Under the pieces are notes generated by a model. That model made no database searches, was not told where the DNA came from, and saw only the letters and a list, made by a program, of their open reading frames with translations. From Eledone cirrhosa (Eukaryota): a DNA stretch of 64,000 bases. Positions 12,701-27,040 of this stretch are shown piece by piece. Numbering within the stretch: position 1 is the first letter of the stretch; the number at the start of each line of letters is the position of its first letter. The translations under genes and the position numbers were made by a program. The stretch lies in the NCBI GenBank assembly GCA_964016885.1, contig OZ024740.1, forward strand, positions 314,898,001 to 314,962,000, written 5' to 3'.

Positions 12701-12783
12701 AGACGTTAAGAGTTAATAGATCCTAGGCTTACAATCAAACCATGTTTAGACAATGTGAACAATTTTTTCTCTTCTTTTTTCAG

Positions 12784-13032
12784 TTGTGTGCTACTAAGGC
12801 TGGTCGGAGCTATATCAAAGAAAAGAACACTTACATTATCATGAGGGAACTACATAAATGGGAACCTAACAAAGCTAACGACTTTGCCATCCAGAACCTT
12901 ATAGATATTCTAATTGGAGATGAACCAGCACAAGAACATGAAGATCTCAGCAAAGTGGTTATTCCTGAACGTCTGAAGGAACAATTTCAGAAAGAAGATG
13001 AAGAAGACCTTAAATTGATATCTGATGACTAA
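12784..13032 (+). CDS. HGH1: HGH1 homologue, last coding exon
   Basis: LCATKAGRSYIKEKNTYIIMRELHKWE...IQNLIDILIGDEP...EDLSKVVIPE* matches the HGH1 C-terminus. Strong polypyrimidine tract with CAG at 12781-12783; in frame with exon 5258-5448; TAA stop at 13030-13032. Confidence 0.93.
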   Translation: MCATKAGRSYIKEKNTYIIMRELHKWEPNKANDFAIQNLIDILIGDEPAQEHEDLSKVVIPERLKEQFQKEDEEDLKLISDD

Positions 13033-13924
13033 TGATTGATATACACTGAAACTTTCGGATTATATTACTGTTAAGTACAGGGTTATGAATCTAAGGCTTA
13101 ATACTGCCAATGTGTTGCAACTGCCATCAATATAACACATTACTCTACCTGCTTCATTCTGTCTAACTGACACAATGGACACCTGCAACTTTAACAATTG
13201 AATCATCATCAGTTCTGTAATAGCAATGATGAGTGTTAACTGTGATGGCATTTGATTTAATTGTTCATATGTTTACATCCAGATGCCTTTCCTAAGACAA
13301 TCCCTTTTAATCACTTCATACAACAGGCAAGGATATGTCCCTAAATGCATCATTATATATATATCATCATCATCATCATCATTTAATGTCTGTCGGATAG
13401 GTAGGTCACTACAGGCCAAGTCATTACCGAATTGGAGCCATTGACCTCTCAGATGGGCTAAAAGCCTGCTTCTCATGTACAAATATTCCCTCATTCTACA
13501 AAGTGTACTGGTTACATTTTATCATGACATTAATGCTGGAGGTGTTTTATGTCTTTAACATTGCTAAAGACTCCATCCAACCCTTTGGCAAGTTTTCTGT
13601 GGTTGGATACCCTTCCTATCACTAACTACTATACAGAGTATACTGGGTGCGTTTATTGAGGTACCAGCACTAAAGAGGTTGCTGTGTCATGACTGGGTGG
13701 GGAGTCCTCTCAACCTTTTTTGACTTGGTTTCTACAGCTGGAAGCCTTTCCTATCACAACTACTTTACAGTTTGTACTGGGTATATTTTATCATGGTACC
13801 AACACTAGGTTTAGGATTTAAACGAGGTGGAGATGGTTCTGAGTATAGTGGGGTGTACAGTAAAGAGGAGGATAGTTATTATCAGTGGCAGGTAGGGGCA
13901 CGTGGGTGGGTCATGTCACATTTT

Positions 13925-14715
13925 TATGCTGGTATATGGGTCTTCTTCAGTACAGCATGTTGCCAATCCTCATGGTCCTTTGTCATCTCTGTTGTGAGGT
14001 CCAGATTCCTAAGGTTGACCCTAACTACTTCATCCCATGTCTTCTTTGGTCTACCTCTTCTACAGGTCCCATCCAGAGATTTCTCTGCACTTCTTTATAC
14101 AGCTATCATCTTTCAGGTCCATACTAATGTAGTCTTCTCTTTTGCGCACTACATTGGTTTTTTCGTATGCCTAGTCTTTCTCTCAGTTTATGTTGCACAT
14201 TCATGGACACTAACATTACACATCCACCAGAGCATATTAGCCTCATTTCATTCTTACCTTTTCAGATATTCTCTGGTCTAGGCTTATGTCTTATTGCCAT
14301 GTAGCATTGCATTGGCATGCAAGCAGCATACAGTCTACCGTTGATTCTGAGAGAGAAGCCTTTAGTTGTTTGCAGTGGCACTAACTTTTTGAATTTTTTC
14401 CATCTCATTCTTACTCTGGCAACTACACTTTCAGAGCAATCTCCTCTATTGCTAATTAGGTAATAAAATTCATCCACAATTTCTAGGGAGCCTCCTGGAC
14501 ACTAATGGACTCTATTTCACATGAGCTCTTAATGCTTATTTCTCTTTTACATCTGCCACATACAAAGTCTATCTTCTATCTTCTTTGTTAATTTTCCTGT
14601 AACTCCACTACATTTCTTGTTCGCCCATAGATTATACTATGTGCAACTTATGGAGTTCTTGCCCTCCCTTTTTTTCGACATATCAGATGAGTCCATTTTC
14701 CCTGATGATATCAGA
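13925..14715 (-). mobile_element. RTE-clade LINE 3' fragment, decayed
   Basis: VDEFYYL...CSESVVARVRMRWKKFKKLVP...INGRLY and RRGRPKKTWDEVV are RTE ORF C-terminal motifs; frameshifted. Confidence 0.8.
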
Positions 14716-14851
14716 GTTTGTGTATATACACACACATTGACATACACATACATATGTGGAAGGGCAGTAACACTGATTAGGTACTGACTGTTAAACTCTG
14801 CCAGCATGGAAAAGCAAACATTAAATGATGTTGATGATGATGATAATAGTG

Positions 14852-14890
<39 letters not shown>

Positions 14891-14893
<3 letters not shown>

Positions 14894-15078
14894 GGAAAAG
14901 AGTCAGGACCCTAATGGCTGAGCTCCGGCCGTTTCGACAGCTAGATCTAGCTGTCAAAATGGCCGGAACTCAGCCGTTGGGGTCCTGACTCTTTTCCTAT
15001 CACCCACTCTACTACCCTAAGTATCGAGTACTCTGGTGCGTTATGGTCCACCTGGTTTCTTACCACACTTTCTTTGTT
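14891..15078 (+). mobile_element. Fold-back Penelope-like element with partial hammerhead motif, copy 1
   Basis: 110-bp near-perfect palindrome 14891-15000 centred on CTAGATCTAG, plus an unpaired tail, flanked by (TA)n; homologous to 17235-17430. Confidence 0.6.
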
Positions 15079-15668
15079 ATATATATATATATACTTAATT
15101 TTATTCAGAAGCTGTTTTAACCATTGATGGCATTACAACTCTCAGTTCATCAGGTAACAATATTATTAGACTCAACATGTTTTACACAATAAATTGAATA
15201 ATGTTTGAAAATAAAAATAAAAAATTAAATTATTCCTTATGCTTTGTTACCAATTCTTTGTTTTTGTTCTAAACCTTCTTCTTGAGTCATCCCTCTTTTG
15301 AAATTGAAGCATTTGTTTTACTTTTTCTAATGGCTAGAATATATGTGGTTCGCCACACCTGTATAAACATCCATGCCACCGATGTCCAAGGGAAAAGCAA
15401 TGATTAATGCAGCTTGGCACCAGTGACGTCGCAACTCATTTCTACAGCTGAGTAAACTGGAACAACATGAAATAAAATGCCTTGCTCAAGGACACAACGC
15501 ATCACCTGCTTTGGGAATCAAAATCATAACCTCATGATTGCAAGCCCAATTCTCTAAACACTAAGCCATGTGCCTTCATAAACCTAAATATGTTTATTAT
15601 ATCTTGATTGCTAACAATACAGTTTGTTGACCAGTTACTGAATAGATGATTTAGTGGTCAACCATTAA

Positions 15669-16320
15669 CCCTTTAGCATTTACATTACTCTATATATTTA
15701 TACTATTATATTTTCACGGTAAAGGCTTTACCTCACATAATATTGAGTCTGAGATTTTGATATATATTTATATATGAAGGCGCATGGCTTAGTGGTTAGA
15801 GCATTGGGCTTGCAATCGAAAGGTTTGGAGTTCAATTCTCAGACCGGGTGATGTGTTGTTTCCTTGAGCAAGACACTTTATTTCACATTGCTCCCGTTTA
15901 CTCAGCTGTAGAAATGAGATGATAGGACTGGGGTCCCTATTATTCCACTGCAAAGTGGTCGTGGAGGTGCCATGGCAAAAAAGCACCCAGCACACACTGT
16001 AAAGTAGACATGTAGGCGCCACAGAAAAAAGCACCCAGTACTCACTGTAAATGGGGTTGGTGTTAGGAAGGGCATCCAGCTGTAGAAATCAAGCCAGAAT
16101 CAGTTCCCGAATGAGCAAGACAAAGTCAGCTGACCGGACACTGCCCACAACAGGACAACCCGTCTAACTCATGCTAGTGTGGAAGAACGGACGTAAGGCG
16201 GTGATGATGATGATGATGATATTTTGAGAACAATACCTTAACATCAGTATAAGAGGCCAGTTTGAACAGAAAGATGTGAGAGAAATCTTGCTCAATACGG
16301 CTGGTTTAAATGCTAAAGTG
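15669..16320. mobile_element. piggyBac-type MITE with nested SINE B (15776-16219)
   Basis: TTAA-CCCTTTAGCATT...AATGCTAAAGTG-TTAA. The MITE interior is split by a full SINE B (A/B boxes, (GAT)n tail). Confidence 0.75.
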
Positions 16321-16705
16321 TTAACTAAACCTCTCACTATTGAATGAAATGGACTTCCCGTAGTTTTGATGGTGAGTGTTCCAGTTGTTTGATCAATGGA
16401 ACAGCCTGCTCATAAAATTAGTGCATATTTGACTGATTATTCCACAGACACGTGTACCCTTAACAACGTTCACAGGGAGATTCAGCATGACGCAGAATAA
16501 GACCAGGCTGGTCCATTGATTTGCAGCTGCAACTCAATTTTGTCTGCTGAATGGACTGGAGCAACATGAAATAAAGTGTCTTGCTCAAGGATACAACATG
16601 CTATCAGGAATGGAACTCATGACTTTATGATTGTCAACTGAACACCCTAACCATTAAGCCATATGTCTTCATTATAGCTAACATGGCATTTCTATTACTA
16701 ACTGC

Positions 16706-17110
16706 TAGTGCTGGACTTACCTATAAGCTAAATAAACTATAGCTTAGGTCCACACACTGTCAGGGGCCTCATTTTAAAAAATATAAATAATAGATTGGAA
16801 ATGCATGAAACAGATTGGCTATTTTAATGACTTCATGTACGTGTATTTCAGAGACATAAGCCAGTTGAGGAAGAACACATCAATTGTTTGTTTATGTTTT
16901 GAACCATATCAGCTTCACATTTGAAAAGAGGGTAATAGCCCTGAAATATCATGTTGAAATATACTGGGTAAAACATTACTTTGTTTTGTTTTATTTGTTA
17001 TCCTTTGGCCTTTATATATTTCTACTGCATTGTGCCGGCTTCTGAAAAAATAATAATAATATTTTTTTAGAGAAGGTCCTTAAATTTCATATAGCTAAGA
17101 GCCTCATTAT
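16706..17110. mobile_element. Probable hAT-type MITE
   Basis: Starts TAGTGCTGGACTTACCTATAAGCT; the motif ATAGCTTAGG/ATAGCTAAGAGCCTC recurs near both ends; right TIR degraded. Confidence 0.35.
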
Positions 17111-17234
17111 ATTTCAATTACTAGTAATATATGTGCCCCTCTCTCTCTATATATATATTTGGGAGTATTACTTCAGTATGTGTTTGTAAACTACCGCATG
17201 TTTCTTCTTGGTCTTTCTCCCTATATATATATAT

Positions 17235-17430
17235 ATAGGAACGAGTAGGACCCGACGGCTGAGCTCAAGCCGTTTCGACGGCTAATTTTTAGTCCAGAAT
17301 TAGCCGTCGAAACGGCTTGAGCTCAGCCGTCAGGGTCCTACTCGTTCCTATTACCCACTCTACTACCCTAAGTATTGAGTACTTTGGTGCGTTATGGTCC
17401 ATCTGGTTCCTTACCACATTTCCTTCGTTA
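17235..17430 (+). mobile_element. Fold-back Penelope-like element with partial hammerhead motif, copy 2
   Basis: Palindrome 17235-17351 plus tail; the right arm contains GAAAC-GGCT-TGAGCTC-AGCC-GTC; flanked by (TA)n. Confidence 0.65.
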
Positions 17431-17439
17431 TATATATAT

Positions 17440-17880
17440 TTGTAAAGAGATTGTGTAGGTGTCATGACAAAAAGCACCCAGTCCACACTGTAAAGTGGTT
17501 GTGTTGGTGACATGACAAAAAGTACCCAGTCCACACTGTAAAGTGGTTGTGTTGGTGACATGACAAAAAGTACCCAGTCCACACTGTAAAGTGGTTGTGT
17601 AGGTGTCATGACAAAAAGCACCCAGTCCACACTGTAAAGTGGTTGTGTTGGTGACATGACAAAAAGTACCCAGTCCACACTGTAAAGTGGTTGTGTTGGT
17701 GTCATGACAAAAAGTACCCAGTCCACACTGTAAAGTGGTTGTGTTGGTGTCATGACAAAAAGCACCCAGTCCACACTGTAAAGTGGTTGTGTTGGTGTCA
17801 TGACAAAAAGCACCCAGTCCACACTGTAAAGTGGTTGTGTTGGTGACATGACAAAAAGCCCCCAGCACACACACTGTAAA
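17440..17880 (+). repeat. 48-bp minisatellite (about 9 units) amplified inside a SINE
   Basis: Unit GTCATGACAAAAAGCACCCAGTCCACACTGTAAAGTGGTTGTGTTGGT, running into GGCGTTAGGAAAAGCATCCGGCTGTAGAAA and a (GAT)n tail of SINE-B type. Confidence 0.85.
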
Positions 17881-18630
17881 TGTGGTTGGCGTTAGGAAAA
17901 GCATCCGGCTGTAGAAACCAAGTCCAAATCAGTTCTATGTGAGCAAAACGCGGTCCTCCGACCTGATCTCTCACAAAGCCTGTCCTACCCATGCTAGCGT
18001 GAAAAATGGATGTTAAACGATGATGGTGATGATCATCATATATATATATATATATTATGCAGTGTGTGTGTGTGTTACATATGTCAGTGATGTGTATGTA
18101 TGAGTAATGTTGTATGCATGGGTTCAAGGTTCAAGCAGGTGAAAGTCCAGCCCTGCTAACTAGACAGTATAGGGACAGATTGCTGACTTGACAATTTAAA
18201 GATCTGTTGCTAAGTCTCTTCTTTACCTTGGAACTGAACCTAACTTAAAAGACAACTTACTGGAAATAGAAGTGTAGTGTGCTATCTATGGGAGACTTCT
18301 AGTTGTGTATATATGTATGTGTGTGTCTGCATTTGAGTATGTGTGTGTGTCTGTATTTGAGTATGTGTGTGTGTCTGTATTTGTGTATGCATGTTTGTGT
18401 GTATATTTATTTGTGGATATGTGTATGTCTGTATTTATGGATGTGTGTGTGTGTGTCTATGTTTGTATGTCTGCATGGATGCATGTGTATGTGTATATGT
18501 ATGTCTGCATGTCAAATATTTCAATTACTAATGATATTTGTGCTTCTCTCTCTCTTCCCCCACTGTTTGGAAGTATTACTTCAGTATGTGTGTGTAAACT
18601 ACAACACATTTCTTCTTGCTCTCTCCATAT

Positions 18631-18662
<32 letters not shown>

Positions 18663-18821
18663 GTATATATATAATGTGTGTGTGACGTATATTAGTGATG
18701 TGTATGTATGTGTAATGTTGTATGCGTGGGTTCAAGAGTTAAAACCACCTTTGTCTCTCTCTTCTTCCATATGGGATCCATTTGTATTATTTTAGCTGTA
18801 CAGCAGTATTTTGGATTGTTG

Positions 18822-18889
<68 letters not shown>

Positions 18890-19199
18890 CCAAATATATG
18901 AAAGTATTTGCATTCACATACATATACTACACACCATACACTGATGCCATCCATACATCAACAATACCATTAACCACATTGAACTACACACATGCACACA
19001 TAAATACATCATATACACATGTCTAGACAAACTGCCTGTAACATCAGGAGCCATGAGAGTGTGCCTCTACAAGGACACCTGATCTGTTAGAAATAGATAC
19101 CAAATCTCCCACAAATTACACCCTATGTACATAATAAAGGGATCCTTTAGATAATGTGGGCTAGTGTGCATCTTACATAGGAAAACAAAGGAAAATCAC

Positions 19200-22100
19200 A
19201 TACAATATATGCACCACACACATATCACATTTAAGCACTATGTATGCACCATTCATACAATGTATGCACCACATACATATCATATTTAAGCACTATCTAT
19301 GCACCATTCATACAATATATGCACCACATACATATCATATTTAAGCACTATCTATGCACCATTCATACAATGTATGCACCACATACATATCATATTTAAG
19401 CACTATCTATACACCACATACATATCACATTTAAGCACTATCTTTGCACCACATATATATCACATTTAAACACTATCTATACACCACATACATATCATAT
19501 TTAGGCACTATCTATACACCACATACATATCACATTTAAGCACTATCTTTGCACCACATACATATCACATTTAGGCACTATCTATACACCACATACATAT
19601 CACATTTAAACACTATCTATACACCACATACATATCACATTTAAGCACTATCTTTGCACCACATACATATCACATTTAAGCACTATCTATACACCACATA
19701 CATATCACATTTAAACACTATCTATGCACCACATACATATCACATTTAAACACTATCTATACACCACATACATATCACATTTAAGCACTATCTATACACC
19801 ACATACATATCACATTTAGGCACTATCTATACACCACATACATATCACATTTAAGCACTATCTATACACCACATATATATCACATTTAAGCACTATCTAT
19901 ACACCACATACATATCACATTTAGGCACTATCTATACACCACATACATATCACATTTAAGCACTATCTATACACCACACATATCACATTTAAGCACTATC
20001 TATACACTACATACATATCACATTTAGGCACTATCTATGCACCACATACATATCACATTTAAGCACTATCTATACACCACATACATATCACATTTAAGCA
20101 CTATCTATACACCACATATCACATTTAAGCACTATCTATACACCACATACATATCACATTTAGGCACTATCTATACACCACATACATATCACATTTAAGC
20201 ACTATCTATACACCACATACATATCACATTTAAGCACTATCTATACACCACATACATATCACATTTAGGCACTATCTATACACCACATACATATCACATT
20301 TAAGCACTATCTATACACCACATACATATCACATTTAAGCACTATCTATACACCACATACATATCACATTTAGGCACTATCTATACACCACATACATATC
20401 ACATTTAAGCACTATCTATACACCACATACATATCACATTTAGGCACTATCTATACACCACATACATATCACATTTAAGCACTATCTATACACCACATAC
20501 ATATCACATTTAGGCACTATCTATACATCACATATCACACTTAAGCACTATCTATACACCACATACATATCACATTTAGGCACTATCTATACACCACATA
20601 CATATCACATTTAAGCACTATCTATACACCACATACATATCACATTTAGGCACTATCTATACACCACATACATATCACATTTAAGCACTATCTATACACC
20701 ACATACATATCACATTTAAACACTATCTATACACCACATACATATCACATTTAAGCACTATCTATACACCACATACATATCACATTTAGGCACTATCTAT
20801 ACACCACATACATATCACATTTAAGCACTATCTATACACCACATACATATCACATTTAGGCACTATCTATACACCACATACATATCACATTTAAGCACTA
20901 TCTATACACCACATACATATCACATTTAGGCACTATCTATACACCACATATCACACTTAAGCACTATCTATACACCACATACATATCACATTTAGGCACT
21001 ATCTATACACCACATACATATCACATTTAAACACTATCTATACACCACATACATATCACATTTAAGCACTATCTATGCACCACATACATATCACATTTAA
21101 GCACTATCTATACACCACATACATATCACATTTAGGCACTATCTATACACCACATACATATCACATTTAAACACTATCTATACACCACATACATATCACA
21201 TTTAAGCACTATCTATACACCACATACATATCACATTTAGGCACTATCTATACACCACATACATATCACACTTAAGCACTATCTATACACCACATACATA
21301 TCACATTTAGGCACTATCTATACACCACATACATATCACATTTAAACACTATCTATACACCACATACATATCACATTTAAACACTATCTATACACCACAT
21401 ACATATCACATTTAAGCACTATCTTTGCACCACATACATATCACATTTAGGCACTATCTATACACCACATACATATCACATTTAAACACTATACACCACA
21501 TAAATATCACATTTAAGCACTATCTATACACCACATACATATCACATTTAAGCACTATCTATACACCACATACATATCACATTTAAACACTATCTATACA
21601 CCACATACATATCATATTTAGGCACTATCTATACACCACATACATATCACATTTAAGCACTATCTATACACCACATACATATCACATTTAAACACTATCT
21701 ATACACCACATACATATCACATTTAAACACTATCTATACACCACATAAATATCACATTTAGGCACTATCTATACACTACATACATATCACATTTAAACAC
21801 TATCTATACACCACATACATATCACATTTAAGCACTATCTATACACCACATACATATCACATTTAAATACTATCTATACACCACATACATATCACATTTA
21901 GGCACTATCTATACACCACATACATATCACATTTAAGCACTATCTATACACCACATACATATCACATTTAAACACTATCTATACACCACATACATATCAC
22001 ATTTAGGCACTATCTATACACCGCATACATATCACATTTAAACACTATCTATACACCACATACATATCACATTTAGGCACTATCTATACACCACATACAT

Positions 22101-25100
22101 ATCACATTTAAGCACTATCTATACACCACATACATATCACATTTAAGCACTATCTATACACCACATACATATCACATTTAGGCACTATCTATACACCACA
22201 TACATATCACATTTAGGCACTATCTATACACCACATACATATCACATTTAAGCACTATCTATACACCACATACATATCACATTTAGGCACTATCTATACA
22301 CCACATACATATCACATTTAAATACTATCTATACACCACATACATATCACATTTAAGCACTATCTATACACCACATACATATCACATTTAGGCACTATCT
22401 ATACACCACATACATATCACATTTAAACACTATCTATACACCAGATACATATCACATTTAGGCACTATCTATACACCACATACATATCACATTTAGGCAC
22501 TATCTATACACCACATACATATAACATTTAGGCACTATCTATACACCACACATATCACATTTAAGCACTATCTATACACCACATACATATCACATTTAAG
22601 CACTATCTATACACCACATATATATCACATTTAAGCACTATCTATACACCACATATATATCACATTTAAACACTATCTATACACCACATACATATCACAT
22701 TTAAGCACTATCTATACACCACACATATCACATTTAAGCACTATCTATACACCACATACATATCACATTTAAGCACTATCTATACACCACATACATATCA
22801 CATTTAAACACTATCTATACACCACATACATATCACATTTAAGCACTATCTATACACCACACATATCACATTTAAGCACTATCTATACACCACATACATA
22901 TCACATTTAAACACTATCTATACACCACATACATATCACATTTAAACACTATCTATACACCACATACATATCACATTTAAGCACTATCTTTGCACCACAT
23001 ACATATCACATTTAGGCACTATCTATACACCACATACATATCACATTTAGGCACTATCTATACACCAGATACATATCACATTTAGGCACTATCTATACAC
23101 CACATACATATCATATTTAAACACTATCTATACACCACATACATATCACATTTAAACACTATCTATACACCATACATATCACATTTAAGCACTATCTATA
23201 CACCAGATACATATCACATTTAGGCACTATCTATACACCACATACATATCACATTTAAACACTATCTTTGCACCACATACATATCACATTTAGGCACTAT
23301 CTATACACCACACATATCACATTTAAGCACTATCTATACACCACATACATATCACATTTAGGCACTATCTATACACCACATACATATCACATTTAAACAC
23401 TATCTATACACCACATACATATCACATTTAGGCACTATCTATACACCACATACATATCACATTTAAGCACTATCTATACACCACATACATATCACATTTA
23501 GGCACTATCTATACACCACATACATATCACATTTAAGCACTATCTATACACCACATACATATCACATTTAGGCACTATCTATACACCACATACATATCAC
23601 ATTTAAATACTATCTATACACCACATACATATCACATTTAAGCACTATCTATACACCACATACATATCACATTTAGGCACTATCTATACACCACATACAT
23701 ATCACATTTAAATACTATCTATACACCACATACATATCACATTTAAGCACTATCTATACACCACATACATATCACATTTAGGCACTATCTATACACCACA
23801 TACATATCACATTTAAACACTATCTATACACCACATACATATCACATTTAGGCACTATCTATACACCACATACATATCACATTTAAGCACTATCTATACA
23901 CCACATACATATCACATTTAGGCACTATCTATACACCACATACATATCACATTTAAATACTATCTATACACCACATATATATCACATTTAAACACTATCT
24001 ATACACCACATACATATCACATTTAAGCACTATCTATACACCACATACATATCACATTTAAGCACTATCTATACACCACATACATATCACATTTAGGCAC
24101 TATCTATACACCACATACATATCACATTTAAATACTATCTATACACCACATACATATCACATTTAAGCACTATCTATACACCACATACATATCACATTTA
24201 GGCACTATCTATACACCACATACATATCACATTTAAGCACTATCTATACACCACATACATATCACATTTAAGCACTATCTATACACCACATACATATCAC
24301 ATTTAGGCACTATCTATACACCACATACATATCACATTTAGGCACTATCTATACACCACACATATCACATTTAAGCACTATCTATACACCACATACATAT
24401 CACATTTAAGCACTATCTATACACCACATATATATCACATTTAAGCACTATCTATACACCACATATATATCACATTTAAACACTATCTATACACCACATA
24501 CATATCACATTTAAGCACTATCTATACACCACACATATCACATTTAAGCACTATCTATACACCACATACATATCACATTTAAGCACTATCTATACACCAC
24601 ATACATATCACATTTAAACACTATCTATACACCACATACATATCACATTTAAGCACTATCTATACACCACACATATCACATTTAAGCACTATCTATACAC
24701 CACATACATATCACATTTAAACACTATCTATACACCACATACATATCACATTTAAGCACTATCTATACACCACATACATATCATATTTAAACACTATCTA
24801 TACACCACATACATATCACATTTAAACACTATCTATACACCATACATATCACATTTAAGCACTATCTATACACCAGATACATATCACATTTAGGCACTAT
24901 CTATACACCACATACATATCACATTTAAACACTATCTTTGCACCACATACATATCACATTTAGGCACTATCTATACACCACACATATCACATTTAAGCAC
25001 TATCTATACACCACATACATATCACATTTAGGCACTATCTATACACCACATACATATCACATTTAAACACTATCTATACACCACATACATATCACATTTA

Positions 25101-26120
25101 GGCACTATCTATACACCACATACATATCACATTTAAGCACTATCTATACACCACATACATATCACATTTAGGCACTATCTATACACCACATACATATCAC
25201 ATTTAAGCACTATCTATACACCACATACATATTACATTTAGGCACTATCTATACACCACATACATATCACATTTAAATACTATCTATACACCACATACAT
25301 ATCACATTTAAGCACTATCTATACACCACATACATATCACATTTAGGCACTATCTATACACCACATACATATCACATTTAAATACTATCTATACACCACA
25401 TACATATCACATTTAAGCACTATCTATACACCACATACATATCACATTTAGGCACTATCTATACACCACATACATATCACATTTAAACACTATCTATACA
25501 CCACATACATATCACATTTAGGCACTATCTATACACCACATACATATCACATTTAAGCACTATCTATACACCACATACATATCACATTTAGGCACTATCT
25601 ATACACCACATACATATCACATTTAAATACTATCTATACACCACATATATATCACATTTAAACACTATCTATACACCACATACATATCACATTTAAGCAC
25701 TATCTATACACCACATACATATCACATTTAAGCACTATCTATACACCACATATATATCACATTTAAACACTATCTATACACCACATACATATCACATTTA
25801 AGCACTATCTATACACCACACATATCACATTTAAGCACTATCTATACACCACATACATATCACATTTAAGCACTATCTATACACCACATACATATCACAT
25901 TTAAACACTATCTATACACCACATACATATCACATTTAAGCACTATCTATACACCACACATATCACATTTAAGCACTATCTATACACCACATACATATCA
26001 CATTTAAACACTATCTATACACCACATACATATCACATTTAAGCACTATCTATACACCACATACATATCACATTTAAGCACTATCTATACACCACACATA
26101 TCACATTTAAGCACTATCTA
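19200..26120. repeat. 35-bp tandem satellite, about 6.9 kb (about 200 units)
   Basis: Unit TTAAGCACTATCTATACACCACATACATATCACAT with AAG/AGG/AAA variants and occasional 4-bp deletions. Confidence 0.97.
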
Positions 26121-26560
26121 TGTATCATACAATATATATACACACACTATCTATACACCATTCATACAATACACACCCAAGTACTCTATATACACCATTC
26201 ATACAATATACACCCAAGACCTCTATATACACCATTCATACACCCACATACATCCAAAATATTTTCATTTCTAATTTTATCAATGAAATGTTATCATTTC
26301 ACCCACAACTATTAATACAAACATTTGAATCACATTTTTACACACACACACACACACGCTCCCCCCATACATACACCCACACTCGCACCCACACATACTC
26401 ACACATACACACAGTCACATACATGCACACACTCCCACTCCCACGCACACATGCCAACTGATCTTTGTCATACATATATGACAACTCCTTTCTCCACACT
26501 TTGCCACATGTTCTCTTTCACATGACCATCACCACCCAACATGACTAATACCATCCTCAA

Positions 26561-27040
26561 CAAGGGTCGGCTGAAAAGTTCATAGGCTCAATATGAAGGA
26601 GTGATGCTAGAGCTGTGAAGTCTTGCATGCATTAATGACAACTCTTCTTCTTAATAACTGCATTGTTTCTTTCCAGGAACTGAGTTGAAAAAGAAACCAC
26701 ATTTGGTCATTTCATGAGAATATTTTGGTCAGCCTATGAAGGAGTGATGCTAGAGCTGTGAAATCTTGCGTGCATTAATTTCGACTCTTCTTAATAACTG
26801 CATTGTTTCTTTCTAGGGACTGAGTTGAAAAATAAAACTCCTTTGGTAATTTCATGAGAGTATCTTGGTCAACCTATGAAGGAGTGATGCGAGAGCTGTG
26901 AAATCTTGCATGCATTAATTTAATTTCAACTCTTCTTAATAATAACTGCATTGTTTTTTTTCCAGGGACTATGTTGTAAAATAAACCACATTTGGTCATT
27001 CTATGAGAGTATCTTGGTCAGCCTATGAACCTTTCAGCAG
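26561..27040. mobile_element. mariner-type MITE with internal triplication
   Basis: TIRs GGCTGAAAAGTTCATAGGCT and AGCCTATGAACCTTTCAGC; internal unit of about 141 bp starting TATGAAGGAGTGATGC at about 26593, 26735 and 26875. Confidence 0.7.

Noticed and set aside
15188-15193. AATAAA as the HGH1 polyadenylation signal
   Set aside because: Over 2 kb past the stop, beyond several repeats, in AT-rich DNA; cannot be supported without transcript data.
17289-17904. 193-aa and 158-aa repeat proteins
   Set aside because: Artefact of a 48-bp SINE-derived tandem repeat.
19200-26120. CRISPR-like regular array
   Set aside because: Units are contiguous with no unique spacers, there are no cas genes, and the context is eukaryotic; it is a satellite.
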